Source: Bacteroidales bacterium
Lineage (GTDB): Bacteria; Bacteroidota; Bacteroidia; Bacteroidales; WCHB1-69
Direction of reading: 5' to 3'
Assembly: GCA_045600905.1 (NCBI GenBank)
Contig: JAZRYT010000160.1
Location: forward strand, 1-55,884
Length of the DNA stretch: 55,884 bases
Positions 35,897 to 46,121 of the stretch are shown here, piece after piece; within the stretch, counting starts at the first letter, position 1; the number at the start of each line of letters is the position of its first letter. A program made the translations under genes and the position numbers. The notes below the pieces were generated by a model. The model was not told where the DNA came from and made no database searches. It was given only the letters and a program-made list of their open reading frames with translations.

Positions 35897-36661
35897 ATGA
35901 AAGTAAAAAACATCCTGGTTTCCCAAAATGCTCCTGCTGACATAGAAAAGTCACCGTATGCAGATTTGCTGAAGAAGTATAGTATCAACATTGATTTCTA
36001 CAAGTTTTTCAAAATTGAAAGCGTTTCCGCTATCGATTTTAGAAAAAGCAAAGTGAATATCCTCGATCATCAGGCAATTGTCTTTTCAAGTAAGAATACC
36101 ATAGACCATTTTTTTGCTCTCTGCAAAGATATGCGTTTGGAAATGCCTGAAACAATGAAATATTTCTGCATAACGGATTCTGTGGCTTTTTATCTGCAAA
36201 AGTACATACAATATAGAAAGCGCAAGATTTTCGCCGCCAAAGAAGGTAATCAGGAAAGTTTTGAGGAACTTTTGATTAAAAACAAGGATTTGAAAATGCT
36301 CTTTCCATGTGGTCAAGACGGTATTGCTGCCAATATGGAGCAATTCCTCCAGGCGAAGAACATAAAATACACTCCGGCATTGGTGTTCACGACCTCTCCG
36401 GCAGATTTGGCCAGCGATATTGATATCAAGAAATATGACATGATAGTTATTTTCAGCCCTAACGGGGTGAAATCCATTCGTGTGAACTTTCCGGATTTCG
36501 AGCAGGGCGAAGTCGCTTTTGGCGCTTTGGGAACTACTTCGGTGAAGGCTATTGAAGAGGCCGGTTGGAAAGCCCATGTGGTAGCTCCTACTAAGGAATT
36601 TCCATCCATAACCGATGCGTTGGACGCTTTCTTGAAAGACAATGCAACCCGCAGAAGATAG
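35897..36661 (+). CDS. hemD: Uroporphyrinogen-III synthase
   Basis: MKVKNILVSQ..P, MKYFC...VAFYLQKYIQYRKRKIF and FSPNG motifs of the Bacteroidota HemD. Confidence 0.9.
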   Translation: MKVKNILVSQNAPADIEKSPYADLLKKYSINIDFYKFFKIESVSAIDFRKSKVNILDHQAIVFSSKNTIDHFFALCKDMRLEMPETMKYFCITDSVAFYLQKYIQYRKRKIFAAKEGNQESFEELLIKNKDLKMLFPCGQDGIAANMEQFLQAKNIKYTPALVFTTSPADLASDIDIKKYDMIVIFSPNGVKSIRVNFPDFEQGEVAFGALGTTSVKAIEEAGWKAHVVAPTKEFPSITDALDAFLKDNATRRR

Positions 36662-37034
36662 GCTCTTCCTAAGCCAGCAGGAACGCCTAAAATCATCACA
36701 GTCCATCAAAATGGTGATGGACGAGAAAAAAGTTGCTTCGGCTTTTCCTTTGAAATGCTTTTATCGGACAGCCCCCGATTCGGAAAATCCATCGCAAATA
36801 GCCGTCATTGTGTCCAAAAGACGTTTCAAACACGCTGTCGATAGGAATCGTGTCAAGCGCCTTATTCGTGAGGCGTACAGGCTTCAAAAGAACCATTTTA
36901 TTACAAATGGCTGTTCCTACCAGCTCTGCTGGATGTTTGTCGGCAAGGAACTCCCAGATTTCTCGCAGATTAGTGAGTCTGTATCCAAAATCATCAATAA
37001 AATAAACGCGAGCCTGCGGGACAATCAAAAATGA
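36642..37034 (+). CDS. rnpA: Ribonuclease P protein component
   Basis: ERLKS and [24 protein letters not shown] (RNR motif). Confidence 0.93.
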   Translation: MQPAEDRLFLSQQERLKSSQSIKMVMDEKKVASAFPLKCFYRTAPDSENPSQIAVIVSKRRFKHAVDRNRVKRLIREAYRLQKNHFITNGCSYQLCWMFVGKELPDFSQISESVSKIINKINASLRDNQK

Positions 37035-37273
37035 GACGCATTTTCCATCTGTTTTCAAAAGGCCTGGCCGCGGTGATGATAGGCTGTATCAAGCTATACC
37101 AGTGGACTTTGTCTCCACTTATTGGGCGTGCCTGCCGCTATACTCCAACATGTTCCAACTACGGTTTGGAAGCCATCCGCAAATACGGCCCTTTCAAAGG
37201 GGGGTGGCTTACAATCAAACGCATAATTTCCTGTAATCCGTGGGGCGGAAGCGGCTATGATCCCGTTCCGTGA
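37031..37273 (+). CDS. yidD: Membrane protein insertion efficiency factor
   Basis: CRYTPTCS.Y...[22 protein letters not shown]. Confidence 0.95.
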   Translation: MRRIFHLFSKGLAAVMIGCIKLYQWTLSPLIGRACRYTPTCSNYGLEAIRKYGPFKGGWLTIKRIISCNPWGGSGYDPVP

Positions 37274-37314
37274 AAAATTATTTTTTCTTTAGCCGAAACA
37301 TTAATTATATATAA

Positions 37315-37322
37315 TATATTTG
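37315..37322 (+). promoter_or_regulatory. -7 promoter box for pheT
   Basis: TATATTTG-CAGC. Confidence 0.65.
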
Positions 37323-37384
37323 CAGCTGCTGAAAAAATTGGCTGAATTTGCCGTATATAATTAACAACTAATAAGATACATAAT

Positions 37385-39853
37385 ATGAAGATTTCTTACA
37401 AATGGCTGAAAGATCTGCTGACTTTCGATTTGTCCGCAGAAGAAACGAGTATTTATCTTACCGATTGCGGTCTGGAAGTGGAAGGAATAGATACTTTTGA
37501 GACTGTGAAAGGCGGACTGAAAGGCCTGGTGATAGGTGAAGTGCTGACATGCGAGGCACACCCCAATTCTGACCATCTGCACGTGACAACGGTTGAAGTC
37601 GGTCGCGAGGAACCTCTCCACATCGTCTGTGGCGCGCCCAATGTCGCTGCAGGCCAAAAAGTGGTCGTCGCAACTATCGGCACAACCCTTTATCAGGGAG
37701 ACGAGTCCTTTACCATTAAGAAATCCAAACTCCGCGGCGAGCCTTCCGAAGGTATGATCTGCGCGGAAGACGAAATCGGTTTGGGACAATCCCACGACGG
37801 TATTATGGTGCTTGACCCTTCCGCAGTTCCCGGAACTCCCGCCGCCGAATATTTTCACCTCGAATCAGATACGATTTTCGAAATAGGACTGACACCGAAC
37901 CGCTGCGACGCGATCTCACACGTGGGTGTCGCTCGTGACCTCTATGCGGTTCTCATCCAAAACAATATCGAATGCTCCCCGCTGATTCTGCCGTCTGTGC
38001 CGGAACTCAAATCTATTGCCAATGTCAAATTCCGTATCGATATCGACCTTCAAAACAAAAAGGCCTGCCCTCGTTACACAGGACTCCTTTTCGACAATGT
38101 GAAAGTTGCAGATTCTCCGGAATGGCTCCAAACCAAATTGATGTCGGTCGGCATTCGTCCCATCAACAATATCGTGGATATCACTCAATTCATCATGCTT
38201 GAACTCGGCCAGCCGATGCACGCATTCGATGCCGACAAAATCAAAGGCAACAAGGTCGTGATCAAAAACCTTCCAGAAGGTACTCCGTTTGTTACTTTGG
38301 ACGGTAATGAGGTCAAACTGAGTGCGGAAGATTTGATGATATGCAATGCCCAAGAGGGAATGTGTATCGCCGGTGTTTATGGCGGCTTGAATTCAGGTGT
38401 TACCAATGAAACGACCAAAGTGTTCCTCGAAAGCGCCTACTTCAATCCGGTTTCTGTTAGAAAGACCGCTAAACGCCACGGTCTGAAAACGGACGCATCC
38501 TTCCGCTATGAACGCGGCTGCGATCCCGACATTACGGTTTATGCCATCCAACGTGCTGCCGAACTCATTATGGAAATCTCCGACGCTACGCTGATTTCCG
38601 ATATTATGGATAATTACCCCGAAAAGATTGAACCCGCTCAGATAACTCTGGATTACGAACTGGTGAACAAAGTCGCTGGTAAGGTAATTGACAAACAGAC
38701 CGTTTCCAAAATTTTGCTGATGTTGGGTATGGAAGTACAAACTTCCGGTGAAGATCAACTTTTGGTCCGTGTTCCTCTTTGTAAGGCAGATGTCACCCGC
38801 CCGATTGACCTCGTAGAGGAAATTCTCCGCATTTACGGCTATAACAATATTGAAATTCCCGATATCCTGACCTACAAGTTGGATAAACACGACAATAAGG
38901 ACATCGCCTACCAAATTCAAATGAACATATCTTCCTATCTGGCAGATAACGGATTCTATGAGGTGATGAATAACTCGTTGACCAAATTCGACTATGCTCA
39001 AAAATTTGATTTCATCAACGAGAACGAAGCTGTCAAGTTGCTCAATCCGCTCAGCAATGAGTTGGACGTGATGCGCCAATCCCTGCTGTTCTCCGGTCTT
39101 GAAAATGTGGAACGCAATGTCAACAATAAGAATGCGAATCTTCGCCTTTTTGAATTCGGAAAGACTTATCATCTGAATACGCAAACTACCCGTGAGGATG
39201 ACGTTATAACCCGTTATCAGGAAAAACAGGAATTGGTAATGTTCGTGACAGGACGCGAATGTGAGGATTCTTGGAATCATCAGGCTTCCGAATTGGACTT
39301 CTTCTATCTGAAGAATATGGCTGAAAACGTATTGGCCAAAATCAACTTCCCGATGAAGAAACTCACCATGGTTACAAATGACGCGCCCAGAATGTTCTCT
39401 GACCACGTCTCTTATTGCTGCGGTGATGTACAAATTATGACTGTCGGTTTGCTGAACAATGCCGTCCTCAAATATTTCGGCTTGAAGAAACCGGTATGCT
39501 ACGCCGAATTCAATATGGCAGCTATGGTGGAAATGTTGAATGGACAATCCGTTCAATATCAGCAAATAGTCACTCATCCGATGGTGAAACGTGATTTAGC
39601 TCTGGTCGTTGACAAAAACGTCACGTATGACACTTTGGAAAAAATCGGTTACAAATACGGCTCCAAGTTGATGAAGAATATCTCTTTGTTCGATGTATAT
39701 GAAGGAGACAAGGTAGAAGCAGGCAAGAAGTCTTACGCATTGAACTTTGTTCTACAAAATCCGGAGAAGACCCTCACCGACGAGGAAATCAACAAGGTGA
39801 TGAACAAACTTATTGGTGCTTATGAACGCGAAGTTGGTTCTAAATTGAGATAG
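37385..39853 (+). CDS. pheT: Phenylalanine--tRNA ligase beta subunit
   Basis: IVCGAPN, TPNRCD, NNIVDITQ, GQPMHAFD, RYERG, EEILRIYGY, RDLA and TLTD motifs. Confidence 0.97.
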   Translation: MKISYKWLKDLLTFDLSAEETSIYLTDCGLEVEGIDTFETVKGGLKGLVIGEVLTCEAHPNSDHLHVTTVEVGREEPLHIVCGAPNVAAGQKVVVATIGTTLYQGDESFTIKKSKLRGEPSEGMICAEDEIGLGQSHDGIMVLDPSAVPGTPAAEYFHLESDTIFEIGLTPNRCDAISHVGVARDLYAVLIQNNIECSPLILPSVPELKSIANVKFRIDIDLQNKKACPRYTGLLFDNVKVADSPEWLQTKLMSVGIRPINNIVDITQFIMLELGQPMHAFDADKIKGNKVVIKNLPEGTPFVTLDGNEVKLSAEDLMICNAQEGMCIAGVYGGLNSGVTNETTKVFLESAYFNPVSVRKTAKRHGLKTDASFRYERGCDPDITVYAIQRAAELIMEISDATLISDIMDNYPEKIEPAQITLDYELVNKVAGKVIDKQTVSKILLMLGMEVQTSGEDQLLVRVPLCKADVTRPIDLVEEILRIYGYNNIEIPDILTYKLDKHDNKDIAYQIQMNISSYLADNGFYEVMNNSLTKFDYAQKFDFINENEAVKLLNPLSNELDVMRQSLLFSGLENVERNVNNKNANLRLFEFGKTYHLNTQTTREDDVITRYQEKQELVMFVTGRECEDSWNHQASELDFFYLKNMAENVLAKINFPMKKLTMVTNDAPRMFSDHVSYCCGDVQIMTVGLLNNAVLKYFGLKKPVCYAEFNMAAMVEMLNGQSVQYQQIVTHPMVKRDLALVVDKNVTYDTLEKIGYKYGSKLMKNISLFDVYEGDKVEAGKKSYALNFVLQNPEKTLTDEEINKVMNKLIGAYEREVGSKLR

Positions 39854-39857
39854 CGAT

Positions 39858-40436
39858 ATGCAGGTTGTTTACGGCTTTGATAAGGCATTCGCAATGCAGC
39901 GTCCGGTGGCTGCCGTCGGTTCATTTGACGGTGTCCATTTGGGTCATTGCCGCATATTGCAGTATCTGGTTTCCTGTGCTCAAACAAGAGATGCCCAAAG
40001 CGCCGTGATCACCTTTGATCCGCATCCACAGCAGGTGTTGCACCCCGAATCTGGCTTCAAAACCATCAATTCTCTGCAGAAAAACCTGCAGTTGATTGAA
40101 AAACAAGGCGTTGACGTGGCCGTCGTGGTGCCATTCACCAAACTGTTTTCCGAATTGTCCTATATTGATTTTGTGGAACGCTACCTTATCGGAAAAATGA
40201 AGGTAGGAACCATTGTGATGGGCCCGAATCACGCCATAGGACACAATCGCGAGGGCAGTCACCAGTTACTGGCAAATTTGTGCGAACAACATCAGGTGGA
40301 AGTAGTGGAAATCCCCGAACTGATGCTTTACAATGCGGGTGTCCACTCCGCCGAAATCCGTAAAGCCATTGCTGCTAGGAATTGGAATATGGTAGATCAG
40401 ATGCTCGGTTATCACTATGAGCCGAGTGCCGAATAA
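39858..40436 (+). CDS. FAD synthetase (FMN adenylyltransferase) domain only
   Basis: GSFDGVHLGH, TFDPHP and SAEIRKAI...MLGYHY; ends where the riboflavin kinase domain of RibF would begin. Confidence 0.85.
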   Translation: MQVVYGFDKAFAMQRPVAAVGSFDGVHLGHCRILQYLVSCAQTRDAQSAVITFDPHPQQVLHPESGFKTINSLQKNLQLIEKQGVDVAVVVPFTKLFSELSYIDFVERYLIGKMKVGTIVMGPNHAIGHNREGSHQLLANLCEQHQVEVVEIPELMLYNAGVHSAEIRKAIAARNWNMVDQMLGYHYEPSAE

Positions 40437-40464
40437 TTTTGAATAAAATAAAACATTAATATAT

Positions 40465-42957
40465 ATGAGTAAGAATTTAATCATTGTCGAGTCTCCTGCA
40501 AAGGCCAAGACCATCCAGAAGTTCATTGGAAAGGACTTCACCGTCATTTCCAGTAAAGGACACGTGCGTGATTTGCCCCAGAAGGATCTGGGAATAGACA
40601 TATCCAAGAGCTTTGAGCCCAAGTACGTCATACTGGACGATAAGAAGACGCTGATCAGCGATATCAAGAAGCAAGCTGCGGAAGCAGAAGTTGTTTGGTT
40701 GGCGACGGATGACGACCGCGAGGGAGAGGCCATATCCTGGCATTTGTTGCAAGTAACCCAGATAGACCCTTCCAAGGTGCGGAGAATTGTCTTTCATGAA
40801 ATTACCAAACACGCTATTGAGGCTGCTTTGGCAAACCCACGTGATTTGAACGTCGATTTGGTGGATGCCCAACAGGCACGACGCGTTTTAGACCGTCTGG
40901 TTGGTTTTGAACTTTCACCCGTGCTGTGGCGCAAAGTGAAACCCCAACTTTCCGCTGGCCGTGTGCAATCTGTGGCCGTCAAACTGATTGTTGAACGCGA
41001 GCACGAAATCGAAAAGTTCAACACCACGTCTTCTTATAGGACAGAAGGTGTTTTCTATCCTTTCCGAGACAAGAAATTACAACTTCCGGCAGAATTGAAC
41101 AAACGTTTCAACAAGCGCGAGGAAGCGCTTCAATTTTTGGAGGATTGCAAAAAAGCGACCTTTAAAGTGGAAGCAGTTGAAACGTCTCCCGGCAAGAAAA
41201 GCCCCGCTCCTCCTTTTACTACCTCAACACTCCAACAGGAGGCAGCCCGCAAACTCGGTTTTTCCGTCAGCAAGACAATGGTGGTTGCACAACAACTTTA
41301 TGAAGCTGGTTACATCACCTATATGCGTACCGACTCCGTGAACCTTTCCACGTTGGCACTGAATGCGGCCAAAGAGGTCATCACCGAACTTTATGGTGCG
41401 GAATACTCCCATTTGCACAATTTCGTCACCAAGGTCAAAGGCGCGCAGGAAGCCCACGAGGCTATCCGTCCGACGGATATGTCCCGTCAGACAGTCCCCG
41501 GCGATACTTTCGTTAAACATCTTTACGAACTTATCTGGAAACGTACCATCGCATCTCAGATGAGCGATGCCAAGACGGAAAAGACAAACATTACGATTCC
41601 CATCTCCAATCGCAAGGAGAAATTTGTTGCAGTTGGAGAAGTCATCCTTTTCCCCGGCTTTTTGAAAGTCTATGCGGAATCAAAGGATGAAGAGAATGAA
41701 GAAGTAAAGGGCATGCTTCCCAAAATGAACCTTGATGAACAGCTCTTTGCCCAAACCGTCACCTCAACACAACGTTTTGCCCAACCTCCTGCCCGCTATA
41801 CGGAAGCATCTCTGGTTAAAAAATTGGAGGAATTGGGTATCGGTCGTCCGTCAACGTATGCCCCGACAATCACCACTATCCAGAAACGCGGTTATGTTCT
41901 AAAGCAAACACGCCAGGGTGGCGAACGACAATATGAATGTTTGATACTCAAATCCAATGACATTAAAGAAACTGTCAAGACCGAGAAAGTAGGTTACGAA
42001 AAGGATAAAATATTCCCGACGGATGTCGGCATTGTGGTCAATGAATATCTCCAACAGAATTTTGAAGATATTATGGATTACGGATTTACCGCTGATGTGG
42101 AAAAGGAATTTGATGATATAGCCGAAGGTAAAGAGCAATGGCAGAATATGTTACAGCGTTTCTACGGCAATTTTCACCAATCTGTCGATAACGCATTGAA
42201 CTACTCCGCAAAAGCCAGCGGTGAACGTTTGCTCGGTTATGACCCGGTTTCCAATGCGAAGGTGTTTGCCAAATTGGGCAAATACGGCCCTATGGTTCAA
42301 ATAGGGGAGAACTATGCCGATGAGAAGCCCCGCTATGCCCGTCTTCGTGCCAACCAGTTTATAGAGACCATCACGTTGGAAGAGGCCTTGGATCTCTTCA
42401 AACTGCCCCGTTCGCTGGGCGAATGGGATGGCGCTGAAGTGACAGTCGGCACAGGCCGATTCGGTCCGTACGTGCGTTACAACGGAGCATTCGTCTCTAT
42501 TCCGAAAGATGAGGATCCGATAGAAATCACGTTGGAAAGATGCGTGCAGCTTATTGAGGAAAAACGTAAGAAAGATGCGGACAGGGCACCTCGCCTCATT
42601 GGACATCTGGATGGGAAGGAAATTCTGGCTGCCGCCGGACGCTATGGCCCATATATTAAATATGATGGCAAAAACGTCACACTAGGGAAAGGATTGGACA
42701 TCACCACATTGACGGAGGAACAAGCTATAGATTTCTTGCAGAATGCTCAAAACAAGAATGTTTTGCGCTCTTTCGATGAAGATGCTAATCTGAAGGTTAT
42801 GAATGGACGTTATGGCGCATACATCACCAATGGAGTTGACAACTTCAAAATACCCAAAGGTGTTTTGCCGGAAAATCTCACATACGAGGAATGTATGAAC
42901 ATTGTCAACAACACCGCTCCGACTACCAAGAAACGTGTTATCAGAAAAAAGGCATAA
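40465..42957 (+). CDS. topA: DNA topoisomerase I
   Basis: LIIVESPAKA, SSKGHVRDL, ATDDDREGE, GRVQS, ITYMRTDS, AQEAHEAIRP and C-terminal GRFGPY/GRYGPY repeats. Confidence 0.97.
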   Translation: MSKNLIIVESPAKAKTIQKFIGKDFTVISSKGHVRDLPQKDLGIDISKSFEPKYVILDDKKTLISDIKKQAAEAEVVWLATDDDREGEAISWHLLQVTQIDPSKVRRIVFHEITKHAIEAALANPRDLNVDLVDAQQARRVLDRLVGFELSPVLWRKVKPQLSAGRVQSVAVKLIVEREHEIEKFNTTSSYRTEGVFYPFRDKKLQLPAELNKRFNKREEALQFLEDCKKATFKVEAVETSPGKKSPAPPFTTSTLQQEAARKLGFSVSKTMVVAQQLYEAGYITYMRTDSVNLSTLALNAAKEVITELYGAEYSHLHNFVTKVKGAQEAHEAIRPTDMSRQTVPGDTFVKHLYELIWKRTIASQMSDAKTEKTNITIPISNRKEKFVAVGEVILFPGFLKVYAESKDEENEEVKGMLPKMNLDEQLFAQTVTSTQRFAQPPARYTEASLVKKLEELGIGRPSTYAPTITTIQKRGYVLKQTRQGGERQYECLILKSNDIKETVKTEKVGYEKDKIFPTDVGIVVNEYLQQNFEDIMDYGFTADVEKEFDDIAEGKEQWQNMLQRFYGNFHQSVDNALNYSAKASGERLLGYDPVSNAKVFAKLGKYGPMVQIGENYADEKPRYARLRANQFIETITLEEALDLFKLPRSLGEWDGAEVTVGTGRFGPYVRYNGAFVSIPKDEDPIEITLERCVQLIEEKRKKDADRAPRLIGHLDGKEILAAAGRYGPYIKYDGKNVTLGKGLDITTLTEEQAIDFLQNAQNKNVLRSFDEDANLKVMNGRYGAYITNGVDNFKIPKGVLPENLTYEECMNIVNNTAPTTKKRVIRKKA

Positions 42958-42960
42958 GGT

Positions 42961-44136
42961 ATGGATTATTCATTGTTTTTTGAACCTGTAGATGAAGAAC
43001 TGCTTGGGCTTTCGGATAAACACCGTGGCTCCGGTCAGCTTATGTCCTCCGTGCTCTTTTACAATCCAGAGGAACCAGTTAACATCCAGGACGCGCAAAT
43101 CGCCATCATCGGTGTGCCGGAATCCCGCAATTGTTTCGAAAACGAAGGTTGCGAGACGGCCCCCAATGAAATCCGCAGACAGTTTTACCAACTGTATTCC
43201 TGGAATACCTCTGTGCGCATTATCGATATGGGCAATCTCATTGTGGGCAAAACCATTGAGGACACCTACGAGTTGCTGTCTGATATTATGGCTGATATGA
43301 TGGAACAGCATGTTCTGCCTATCGTCTTGGGTGGCGGCAATGATTTGGCTTTCGCCAATTATCGCGCATACGAGAAGATGGAAAAAGTGGCCAATGTCGT
43401 GTCTGTGGATTCATGCTTCGATTTGGGTGACGAGGAAACCCCGATTCGCTCCGATGCCTACGTGAACAGAATGATTGTCCAACAGCCCAACTTCCTGCTC
43501 AATTACGCCAATATCGGTTACCAGACCTATATGAACAGCCCAGAACAGATACAGTTGATGGATCAACTGTTCTTTGAAACCTATAGGGTAGGGGCGATGC
43601 GCAAGGATATAGAAGAGGTAGAACCCATCGTTCGCAATGCGGATATGGTCTCTATCGACATCTCCGCCGTGCGCCGTCCGGATGCGCCCGGATGCTCTCA
43701 CGCATCCTCTAACGGATTTTATGGTGAGGAAATCTGCCAAATAGCAAAATATGCGGGCGTGAGCGACAAACTGTCCTCATTCGGCATCTATGAGTATAAC
43801 CCGGTATTGGATTATAGCAACCAAACCTCCCAGTTGATAGGCCATATTCTGTGGTATTTTGTCGAGGGTTACCTCAACAGACAAAATGACGACCAGTTTA
43901 GAAATCGACATGATTACAAACAGTTCAGTATTGCCGTATCGGGCGCGTTGGACGAAATGGTGTTCTACCGTAGCCGAAAAACTGGCAGATGGTGGGTGGT
44001 AGTACCGATTATCAATAGAGAAAGAGACCTTGTCCAAAAGTATTATCTTCCTTGTTCCAAAAAAGATTATGAATTGGCGTGTGACGATAAGATTTCGGAC
44101 AGATGGTGGAAAGCATATAATAAATTAAATCATTAA
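42961..44136 (+). CDS. Arginase/formimidoylglutamase-family (ureohydrolase fold) protein
   Basis: IGVPESR, APNEIRRQFY, IIDMGN, VLGGGND, SIDIS..APG...NGF and E.NP; metal ligands partly degenerate. Confidence 0.82.
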   Translation: MDYSLFFEPVDEELLGLSDKHRGSGQLMSSVLFYNPEEPVNIQDAQIAIIGVPESRNCFENEGCETAPNEIRRQFYQLYSWNTSVRIIDMGNLIVGKTIEDTYELLSDIMADMMEQHVLPIVLGGGNDLAFANYRAYEKMEKVANVVSVDSCFDLGDEETPIRSDAYVNRMIVQQPNFLLNYANIGYQTYMNSPEQIQLMDQLFFETYRVGAMRKDIEEVEPIVRNADMVSIDISAVRRPDAPGCSHASSNGFYGEEICQIAKYAGVSDKLSSFGIYEYNPVLDYSNQTSQLIGHILWYFVEGYLNRQNDDQFRNRHDYKQFSIAVSGALDEMVFYRSRKTGRWWVVVPIINRERDLVQKYYLPCSKKDYELACDDKISDRWWKAYNKLNH

Positions 44137-44154
44137 ATATTAAATTATTAAGTT

Positions 44155-45165
44155 ATGAAGATGAAACATTTACTCCTGTTGTTAGTGGTGCTGATTATTG
44201 GCGCACCAATGCTTCGTGCTCAAGATGATGAGGCAAAAAAAGCTGCTGAAGAAGCAATGAAAACGGCTGTCAAATCCAATGAGATTAACGATAGTACAAA
44301 GAATTGGAAATTCTCAGGTATGGTTGGCTTAAATGCTTCCCAAACTCAGTTTTGGAATTGGGCTGCCGGTGGTAATAACAATATCGCAGGCGTTATCTAC
44401 GCCAATATGACCCTCTCTTATAAAAAGAACAAGTTGGCTTGGGATAGCAACCTCGATACTGAAATCGGCGAAATCTATTCCTCAGACTTGAATCCAAAGT
44501 GGAGAAAATCCAATGATAAATTCAATATCTATTCCAAACTCGGTTATGAGTTGGTCAAGTCCTGGTACCTTTCCGTTTTGGGTAGCTACAAAACACAGTT
44601 CGCTCCCGGCTATGAATACGCCAACAATGATGCCGGTGACAAAATGCTGATTGCCAAATGGGCATCTCCTTCTTACACAGACCTCTCTATAGGTGTCGAT
44701 TGGAAGCCTAATGACATTTTCTCCATTTATGTTTCCCCCATTGCAGGACGTTTGACTTTTTGCCGTGATTCAACCCTTAGAGACAAATACGGTCTTCCGG
44801 AAAAAACTCGCGATAATGGCGAAGCATATCGTCCCGCCGCACATGCAGCTCTCGGTTTGAGTGTCAAAGGCGGTATCAACTACACGCTGATTAAAAACCT
44901 GAAAATCATTACCACGGTGACTTTATTCACCCCTTATACTTCCAAAATCCAAAAATTCGGCAACTTTGACGTGGACTGGGATTTCGCAATTTCCTACAAT
45001 TTCTTCAAAGTGTTAAGTGTTAGCTTGATGACATCCTTGAAGTACTACGATCAGGTGTTGATTGCACGTCCGGATTGGGATGGAATGCCGGGCACTCCGG
45101 GACATCCTGCTGCTCGCGTACAATTCAAGGAAATGATAGGTTTGGGTATCGGATATAGTTTTTAA
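44155..45165 (+). CDS. DUF3078 family outer-membrane beta-barrel-like protein
   Basis: Signal peptide ...LRA/QD, NWAAGGNN, KSND and C-terminal LGIGYSF. Confidence 0.85.
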   Translation: MKMKHLLLLLVVLIIGAPMLRAQDDEAKKAAEEAMKTAVKSNEINDSTKNWKFSGMVGLNASQTQFWNWAAGGNNNIAGVIYANMTLSYKKNKLAWDSNLDTEIGEIYSSDLNPKWRKSNDKFNIYSKLGYELVKSWYLSVLGSYKTQFAPGYEYANNDAGDKMLIAKWASPSYTDLSIGVDWKPNDIFSIYVSPIAGRLTFCRDSTLRDKYGLPEKTRDNGEAYRPAAHAALGLSVKGGINYTLIKNLKIITTVTLFTPYTSKIQKFGNFDVDWDFAISYNFFKVLSVSLMTSLKYYDQVLIARPDWDGMPGTPGHPAARVQFKEMIGLGIGYSF

Positions 45166-45224
45166 TGTAACAAATCGTTCGTTTTTTCGTAAATAGCGCT
45201 GTTATTAATTTTTCAAATTATAGA

Positions 45225-46091
45225 ATGAGACAATTACATATTACAAAACAAGTGACCAATAGAGGCGAAACCGCTTCATTGGACAAGTATTTGCACGAAA
45301 TAGGAAAAGTACCCTTGTTATCCGCCGACGAGGAAGCTGAATTGGCCCGTCGGATTAAAAACGGAGATGAAGATGCTTTGGTGAAGTTGACGAATGCCAA
45401 TCTTCGTTTCGTCGTTTCTGTGGCAAAACAATATCAGAATCAAGGTATTACATTGTCAGACTTGATTAATGAGGGAAACTTGGGCCTTATAAAGGCTGCT
45501 CGTCGTTTTGATGAGACGCGTGGCTTCAAGTTCATCTCCTTTGCCGTTTGGTGGATTCGTCAGGCCATACTGCAGGCTATCGCCGAACAATCCCGTATTG
45601 TTCGTCTGCCGATGAACAAGGTGGGTACAATCAGTAAGATCACGAAGACCATCGCTATTTTGGAACAGGAACTCCAACGCGAGCCCAAGATTTCCGAAAT
45701 CGCGGAAAAACTCGACCTCTCCGAAAGCGAAGTCAAGGATTCCCTGAGAAATTCACCAAGACATCTTTCTATGGATGCCTCTCTTACAAAAGATGATGAC
45801 ACGAACCTTTACGATGTGCTCCGTAGCGAAGATACCGCCCCACCTGATAAAGAGCTCATTTATGAATCTTTGCAACATGAGTTGGGCCGCGTAATTGATA
45901 CGCTCCCGCAACGTGAGGCTGATGTCCTCAAACTTTATTACGGTCTTGGCAGCAAGCACCCGATGACATTGGATGAAATCGGCGAAAAATTCGACCTCAC
46001 TCGCGAACGTGTGAGACAAATCAAGGAAAAGGCCATCCGCCGTCTTCGCCACGATTCCAAATGCCGCGTGCTTCAAGCCTACCTCAATTAA
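45225..46091 (+). CDS. rpoD: Primary sigma-70 factor (Bacteroidota short RpoD/SigA)
   Basis: [48 protein letters not shown] and TRERVRQI motifs. Confidence 0.93.
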   Translation: MRQLHITKQVTNRGETASLDKYLHEIGKVPLLSADEEAELARRIKNGDEDALVKLTNANLRFVVSVAKQYQNQGITLSDLINEGNLGLIKAARRFDETRGFKFISFAVWWIRQAILQAIAEQSRIVRLPMNKVGTISKITKTIAILEQELQREPKISEIAEKLDLSESEVKDSLRNSPRHLSMDASLTKDDDTNLYDVLRSEDTAPPDKELIYESLQHELGRVIDTLPQREADVLKLYYGLGSKHPMTLDEIGEKFDLTRERVRQIKEKAIRRLRHDSKCRVLQAYLN

Positions 46092-46121
46092 TTTCCAGAA
46101 CCTATTAAACATTATTATATT

